Positions 56,415 through 64,000 of a stretch of DNA of 64,000 bases are shown in pieces (positions within the stretch are counted from its first letter, which is position 1; each line of letters begins with the position of its first letter). The DNA is taken from contig OZ024760.1 of the NCBI GenBank assembly GCA_964016885.1, forward strand, positions 19,778,001 through 19,842,000, given 5' to 3'. This stretch comes from Eledone cirrhosa. Taxonomy: Eukaryota. The translations under genes and the position numbers were made by a program. The notes under the pieces were generated by a model. The model saw only the letters and a program-made list of their open reading frames with translations, searched no databases and had not been told where the DNA came from.

Positions 56415-56653
56415 CATATAATGTATATATATACATGTATATACATGTGTATGTATATATATATATATATATTGTGACCTCTGGCGCCACGCAGTAATAC
56501 AGAAGACCCGACTTCCTAACAGAAGTCCAGCGAGCTTTTGTTTCCAGGGTCGGACCAGAAAGATACACATCGAACCTTGGACTGATCAATAGCAAAATGC
56601 GCGCCAGTACTCAATAAACATAATGAAGCCCTAACAAATCGTCCTTTTATTAT

Positions 56654-56698
<45 letters not shown>

Positions 56699-56703
56699 CA
56701 TAC

Positions 56704-56734
<31 letters not shown>

Positions 56735-56752
56735 AATACATATATATATATG

Positions 56753-56792
<40 letters not shown>

Positions 56793-57071
56793 AATGATAA
56801 ATATATAAATGATAAATACATATATATAAATACATATACATATATATATATAAATACATATATATAAATACATATATATATATATAAATACATATATATA
56901 AATACATATACATATATATATATATATAAATACATATATATAAATACATATACATATATATATATATATATAAATACATATACATATATATATATATATA
57001 AATACATATATATATATATATAAATATAAATACATATATATAAATACATATATATATATATATATATATAA

Positions 57072-57136
<65 letters not shown>

Positions 57137-57151
57137 CATATATATAAATAC

Positions 57152-57188
<37 letters not shown>

Positions 57189-57203
57189 CATATATATAAA
57201 TAC

Positions 57204-57240
<37 letters not shown>

Positions 57241-57481
57241 CATATATATAAATACATATACATATATATATATATAAATACATATAAATACTTATACATA
57301 TATGTATATCATCATCATCATCATTTTACATCCGCTTTTCCCTGCTTGCACTACCTCTTTATCTCTCTCAATCTCTCCTTCTCACACTATCTTCCCCCCC
57401 CCCACCTTCATTTCCTCTCTCTCAATCTCTCATCCTCTTCTTCATTTCACACTTTTTTTTTTTCACCATCTCTTCTTCTCC

Positions 57482-59283
57482 TACCACCACCACCTCTTCC
57501 TACAAACAGTTCCACACCACCACCACCACCTCTTCCTACAAACAGTTCCACACCACCACCACCACCACCACCACCTCTTCCTACAAACAGTTCCACACCA
57601 CCACCACCACCTCTTCCTACAAACAGTTCCACACCACCACCACCACCACCACCACCACCTACAAACAGTTCCACACCACCACCACCACCACCACCACTTT
57701 CCTACAAACAGTTCCACACCACCACCACCACCACCACCACTTTCCTACAAACAGTTCCACACCACCACCACCACCACCACCACCTCTTCCTACAAACAGT
57801 TCCACACCACCACCACCACCACCACCACCTCTTCCTACAAACAGTACCACACCACCACCACCACCACTTTCCTACAAACAGTACCACACCACCACCACCA
57901 CCACCTCTTCCTACAAACAGTTCCACACCACCACCACCACCACCACCACCTCTTCCTACAAACAGTACCACACCACCACCACCACCACTTTCCTACAAAC
58001 AGTAACACACCACCACCACCACCACCTCTTCCTACAAACAGTTCCACACCACCACCACCACCTCTTCCTACAAACAGTTCCACACCACCACCACCACCAC
58101 CTCTTCCTACAAACAGTTCCACACCACCACCACCACCACCACCACCACCACCTCTTCCTACAAACAGTTCCACACCACCACCACCACCACCACCACCTCT
58201 TCCTACAAACAGTTCCACACCACCACCACCACCACCACCTCTTCCTACAAACAGTTCCACACCACCACCACCACCACCACCACCTCTTCCTACAAACAGT
58301 TCCACACCACCACCACCACCACCTCTTCCTACAAACAGTTCCACACCACCACCACCACCTCTTCCTACAAACAGTTCCACACCACCACCACCACCTCTTC
58401 CTACAAAGAGTTCCACACCACCACCACCACCACCTCTTCCTACAAACAGTTCCACACCACCACCACCACCACCACCACCACCTACAAACAGTTCCACACC
58501 ACCACCACCTCTTCCTACAAACAGTTCCACACCACCACCACCACCACCACTTTCCTACAAACAGTTCCACACCACCACCACCACCTCTTCCTACAAACAG
58601 TTCCACACCACCACCACCTCTTCCTACAAAGAGTTCCACACCACCACCACCACCACTTTCCTACAAACAGTTCCACACCACCACCACCACCTCTTCCTAC
58701 AAACAGTTCCACACCACCACCACCACCACCACCACCTACAAACAGTTCCACACCACCACCACCTCTTCCTACAAACAGTTCCACACCACCACCACCACCA
58801 CCTCTTCCTACAAAGAGTTCCACACCACCACCACCACCACCACTTTCCTACAAACAGTTCCACACCACCACCACCACCACCACCACCTACAAACAGTTCC
58901 ACACCACCACCACTTTCCTACAAACAGTTCCACACCACCACCACCACCACCTCTTCCTACAAACAGTTCCACACCACCACCACCACCACCTCTTCCTACA
59001 AACAATTCCACACCACCACCACCACCTCTTCCTACAAACAGTTCCACACCACCACCACCACCACCACCACCTACAAACAGTTCCACACCACCACCACCAC
59101 CACCACCACCTACAAACAGTTCCACACCACCACCACCACCACCTCTTCCTACAAACAGTTCCACACCACCACCACCACCACCACCACTTTCCTACAAACA
59201 GTTCCACACCACCACCACCACCTCTTCCTACAAACAGTTCCACACCACCACCACCACCACCACTTTCCTACAAACAGTTCCAC
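57482..59283. repeat. Minisatellite CTTCCTACAAACAGTTCCACAC-(CAC)n with variable triplet number
   Basis: Directly visible. Confidence 0.95.
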
Positions 59284-59665
59284 GCCATTAACAATTTCAT
59301 TGATATTCATTAATGCCAAACCAAATTCTTCACTGCGGTCTCTCCAGTGTTAATTATGACACCTCAGTTTTTGGTCACTTTTAAATATCAGAGAGAAACA
59401 ATAAAAAAAATAAAAATGAAACATCTCTCACCATTCAGCAGAACATGAAGTTCCATATTTCTACAGAACCATAATTCAAATGAAACCTTTATTCCTCTAA
59501 ATGGTGATAAATTATTCAGATGATAACTAGTGAAGGACAGATGAAAAGTAGTAACACGCTCACACAGGAAATACTATTACATCTGATAAAATATATATAT
59601 ATATATAGGGAAAAAAGATGAAATCGAAAATATAGAGAGAGCTAATTTTGTAGTCTAACTGTAAC

Positions 59666-60461
59666 TTAACCCATTAGTATTTAAACTGGTTGTATTAGGC
59701 CAGAATTCTCTCACCTCTTTCTGTTCAAAATGGCTGTATCTGGCCAGAATTCTCTCGCACTATTCTACTCAAACCGGCTGTAACCAGCGATTCATACTGA
59801 TCTTAACCCTTTAGCATTTAAACTGGCTGTATCCAGCCAGAATTATCTCACCTCTTCCTGTTCAAACCAGCTGTAACCAGCTGCTCATACTGACGTTAGC
59901 CCTTTAGTATTTAGACTGGCTGTATCTGGCCAGAATTCTTTCACCTCTTTCTATTGAAACCGGCCGTAACCAGCCATTTTAACTGATGTTAACCCTTTAG
60001 TACTTAAACTGGCTGTATCTGGCCAGAATAATCTCACCTCTTCCTGTTGAAACCGGCTGTAACCAGCCGCTCATACTGATGTTAACCCTTTCACATTTAA
60101 ACTGGCTGTATCTGGCCAGAATTCTTTCACTTCTTTCTGTTCAAACCAGCCGTAACCAGCCATTCATACTGATCTTAAACTGGCTGTATCTGGCCAGATT
60201 TCTCTCACCTCTTTCTGTTCAAACCGGCTGTAACCAGCCACTCATACTGATGTTATGGTATTGTTCTCAAAATAAATAATATCAAAATCTCATAGATTCG
60301 ATATTATGTGAGATAAAGCCTTTACTATGAAAATATAACAGTAAATATAGAGTAATGTAAATACTAAAGGGTTAAACCGGCCATATATGGCCAAAATTCT
60401 CTCACCTCTTTCTGTTCAAACCGGCTGTAACCAGCCACTCATACTGACATTAAGGTATTGT
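59666..60461 (+). mobile_element. piggyBac-like MITE P with about 93-bp tandem amplification of its left end
   Basis: TTAACCCTTTAG units at 59803, 59896, 59989 and 60082; right end CTAAAGGGTTAA at about 60375. Confidence 0.8.
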
Positions 60462-61297
60462 CACCTGACCTGGCATTGCTCACAACAGGATAACTCATTT
60501 AACCCATGCCAAGATAGAAAAATGGATGTTAAACAGTGATGATGATGATGATGATGATAATCCATTATTTTTTAGTTTCAAACATTCGTAAAGGTTAAAC
60601 TTTTGAAAGGTTGACATTTAACTAAAACATTTTTAACAGAAAATTAAATTATTTGTTAATCAAATCTGTTCCATAATAGAATTGATAAATCCGGTAACTT
60701 TATCGAAGTGAGAACCTTTAATTTGTCTGGCATCAGGATTATTTCTGTAGACTTGTTGAATAATTGAGGTGAATTCTTAGAGAATGAATTGTTGATAGAA
60801 TTGGGTTGAATAACGCAATGTAGAAATTGGTTTTGCAAGTCTTGGAGATGATAATACGATACTTGGATGAATGTCAACTTTAATTAAGTTCGTTATATAT
60901 TTTTAAAATTATCACCTCATACTTCATGAAACTATTTCTTTATAGAGTTTTCGAATCTTCTTAACCCTTTTCACACTTTTAGTTTTCAAGAGATGTTTCA
61001 TTGATGAGAGATGAGGGATTTATGGGCTTTCAAGACAAAATTGGTTTCTCACTTTTCTGTAATTAACAAGGGATGGGGAAAGATAGAGGAGAGGAGAGGT
61101 AGATGGAAAGGAAGAAAAAGTAAGAGAGTGAGAGAAAGAGAGGGATGATGATGGTGATGATGAGAGGGATGATGATGGTGATGATGATGATGATGATGAT
61201 GATGAGCAAGCATTTCATAGCTGAACAGAATAAATCATTGAAATACAGAAATTTGTCGGTGAATTTTGTGTTCCAGATCGTGACATTTGAGCTGGGG

Positions 61298-61501
61298 ATA
61301 TTTAAAGGATGGGATGTTGTGTGTGACTGCAGTATCGACCCGCAGACTTCACAGCATCTCCTGATATGCCCCCTGCTGGAACACCCCTGATACAGTATTG
61401 ACGACTTGGTAGAGTTTAATGAGAAAGGACAGCAATGTGTTCAGCTGTGGTGGAACCACATCTAGCCAAACTTTGTAACTGATACTCTTTTGGACACAAA
61501 A

Positions 61502-61503
<2 letters not shown>
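61298..61503 (+). mobile_element. RTE-X/I-like LINE 3' end with CCHC knuckle (second copy at 61832-62035)
   Basis: GWDVVCDCSIDPQTSQHLLICPLL fits a C-x-C...QT..H...CP motif; duplicated about 535 bp downstream. Confidence 0.6.
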
Positions 61504-61538
<35 letters not shown>

Positions 61539-61540
<2 letters not shown>

Positions 61541-61726
61541 ATTGTTTCTACTTTAGGCACAAGGCTAGCAATTACCCAGTGCATTACTGGTACTTTATTT
61601 TATCGACCCCGTAAGGATGAAAGGCAAAGTCAACCTCGGCGGGATTTGAACTCAGATCGTAAAGGGACGTAACTATGCTGGAAAGCATGGCGTCCGACCC
61701 TCTACCGATACTGCCAATCCACCGCC
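61539..61726 (-). mobile_element. SINE family A, full length, young
   Basis: Consensus match. Confidence 0.9.
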
Positions 61727-62247
61727 CTATATATATATAGTAATAATAATAAATTTGAAGACTAGAATCCAAAGAGGGGTCGATAAGGATAAATATATAT
61801 CAAATATATAAGAACCGTAGAGCAAATATTCATATTTAAAGGATGGGGATGTTGTGTGTGACTGCAACATCGAAACGCAGACTACACAGCACCTCCTTAT
61901 ATGTCCCCTGCTAGAATAGAACACATTATTGGATTTGTCAGAGTTTAATGAGAAAAGACAGCAATGTGTTCAGCTGTGGTGAAACCACATCTAGCCAAGC
62001 TTTGTAACTGATACTCTTGTGAACACAACAAGAAGGACAAGATGGAGGAGCTGTGCCACTGACAATGACATTTTTGTCATTTATTGAAATATTTGGTGAT
62101 GTTTGTATCCTTAACTATCAATCCCAAAAGGATAATAAGGCAAAGTTGCCATTGGCAGGATTTAATTTCAGAACATAGAAAGCTGGAATGAATACTGTTG
62201 TAGGGGAAAACCCTGTACACCCCTGCATAACTGATAGTGGACTAAGC

Positions 62248-62490
62248 CAGGCATGTCAAACATGTGGCCTGTGGGCCTCGTGTGGCCCTTTACAAGCACA
62301 CCTGTGGCCCACACAAAGGTTTTTACAGTACGAGCATGTTTTATCTTGGTAACATTAGTTGTAATGTGCACGATTAGTTGTCATGTGTGGCCCTCAGACA
62401 ACATATGTGACTCATGTGTGACTCATGTGGCCCTCAGACAACACGTGTGACCCATGTGGCCCTCAGGAGACCCTCAGTTTCACATGCCTG
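62248..62490. mobile_element. hAT-like MITE
   Basis: TIRs CAGGCATGTCAAAC / GTTTCACATGCCTG, internal ATGTGGCCC repeats, degenerate 8-bp flanks GACTAAGC/GTCTAGGT. Confidence 0.65.
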
Positions 62491-62568
62491 GTCTAGGTGA
62501 AACATCTATCAATAAATGTTTCTACTTTAGGCACAAGGCCAGCAATTTGAACAGAAAGAGGTGAGAGA

Positions 62569-62630
<62 letters not shown>

Positions 62631-62939
62631 ATTTATATATATTTATATATATATATATTTATATATATATAAACTGGAATAAATACTGCCAGTCATTTTG
62701 TCTAACACTCTAACATATCTACCAATTTGCTGCCTTAAGACTCAGGCAATTCACTTAACCAATAATTATTCACAGAATAATATTATATCATAAAGAGAAA
62801 AAAAAAAACAAATGTTCGTTCGATATTTTCCACAAAAATTAGTCTTGCTTAATAAATCCATTTGAAGAGATTTCTGATTTTTGATATGAAATAACATATT
62901 TTGGGATTAAATTGAATTGCGCGATATTTTGGTTTTTCT

Positions 62940-63705
62940 ACCAGCTGCTGCTGTTGTTTTTGTTGTTGTTGTTGTTGCAGTTATTGTTGTAGAACTTGTT
63001 GTTGTTGTTGGAGTAGTTGTTGTTGTTGTGGTTGTTGTTGTTATTGCAGTTGTTATAGAAGTTATTGTAGTACTTATTATTGCAGTAGTTGATGTTGTTC
63101 TGGTTTGTTGTTGTTGTGACTGCTGCAAATGTTGTTGTAGAACTTGTTGTTGTAGAACTTGTTGTTGTTGTTGTTGTTCTGGTTGTTGTTGTTGTTGTTG
63201 CTGGAGTAGCTGTAGTTGTTGTGGTTGTTGTTGTAGAACTTGTTGTTGGAGTAGCTGTAGTTGTTGTGGTTGTTGTTGTTGTTCTGGTTTGTTGTTGTTG
63301 TTGTTGTTGTGGCTGCTGCAAATGTTGTTGTAGAACTTCTTGTTGTTGTTGTTGTTGGAGCAGCTGTAGTTGTTGTGGTTCTTGTTGTTGTTCTGGTTGT
63401 TGTTGTTGTTGTTGTTGTTGTTGTGGTGGTGGTGGTGGTTGCAGTAGTGGTTGTTGTTATTGCAGTAGTTATTGTAGTTGTTGTACATACTGCAGTAGTT
63501 GTTATTATAGTTGTTGTAGTTATTATTGGAGTAGTTGTTGCTGTTGTTGTTGTTGTTGTAGTTGTAGAAGTTATTCAGGTGGCTGTTGTAGTAGTTGTTG
63601 TAGTAGAGGCAGCTGTTACTGTAGTTATTGTAGTTGTAGTTATTATAGTTGTTGTAACTGTTGTTGTTGTAGTTATTCAAGTGGTTGTTGTTGTTGTTGT
63701 TGGAG
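62940..63705. repeat. (GTT/GTA)n compound microsatellite
   Basis: Directly visible. Confidence 0.95.
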
Positions 63706-63788
63706 TTTATTTTTTTATAATCTGCTACGGTTGTCAAGATCACTTAATGGATTATATCATCAATTGGCATTAAAACCAACAACCATAG

Positions 63789-63841
<53 letters not shown>

Positions 63842-63865
63842 AACAAATATATATATATACAAACA

Positions 63866-63901
<36 letters not shown>

Positions 63902-64000
63902 AACACATATATATATAAACAAACATATATATATATATATATAAAACATATATATATATATAAACAAACATATATATATATATATACAAACAAACATATA

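Noticed and set aside
57302-59353. 683-aa Pro/His/Thr-rich ORF resembling extensin or mucin
   Set aside because: It is a translation of a minisatellite that cycles through all three frames, with no splice or domain evidence.
62907-63773. Poly-Asn/Gln ORF
   Set aside because: (GTT)n microsatellite with frame shifts.

Overview
AT-rich, microsatellite-saturated eukaryotic non-coding DNA with no host protein-coding exon that I can support. The repeat families, (AT)n/(CAT)n density and SINE types are most consistent with an octopus/cephalopod intron or intergenic region; this is an inference. Contents: about 20 copies of a tRNA-derived SINE with a Nin/Deu-like core, 2-3 copies of a second tRNA/CORE-like SINE with an RTE tail, and a 5'-truncated but still open RTE LINE (27351-28608, minus) with a PHD finger inside its reverse transcriptase. 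There are also 3' fragments of other RTE, CR1-like and RTE-X-like LINEs, piggyBac-, hAT- and Tc/mariner-like MITEs, and many minisatellites, several derived from these elements. The most notable signal is about ten hammerhead-ribozyme (HHR) motifs read by eye. Most lie in long head-to-head fold-back inverted repeats (21.4, 29.3, 47.9 and 55.7 kb). They share a distinctive architecture: CUGAUGA, a long helix II with a C-pyrimidine mismatch after 3 bp, GAAA, an 8-nt palindromic helix III, then NUH. They look like Penelope-like-element (PLE)/retrozyme-related, non-autonomous fold-back ribozyme elements. All pairings were done manually and no activity data are available.
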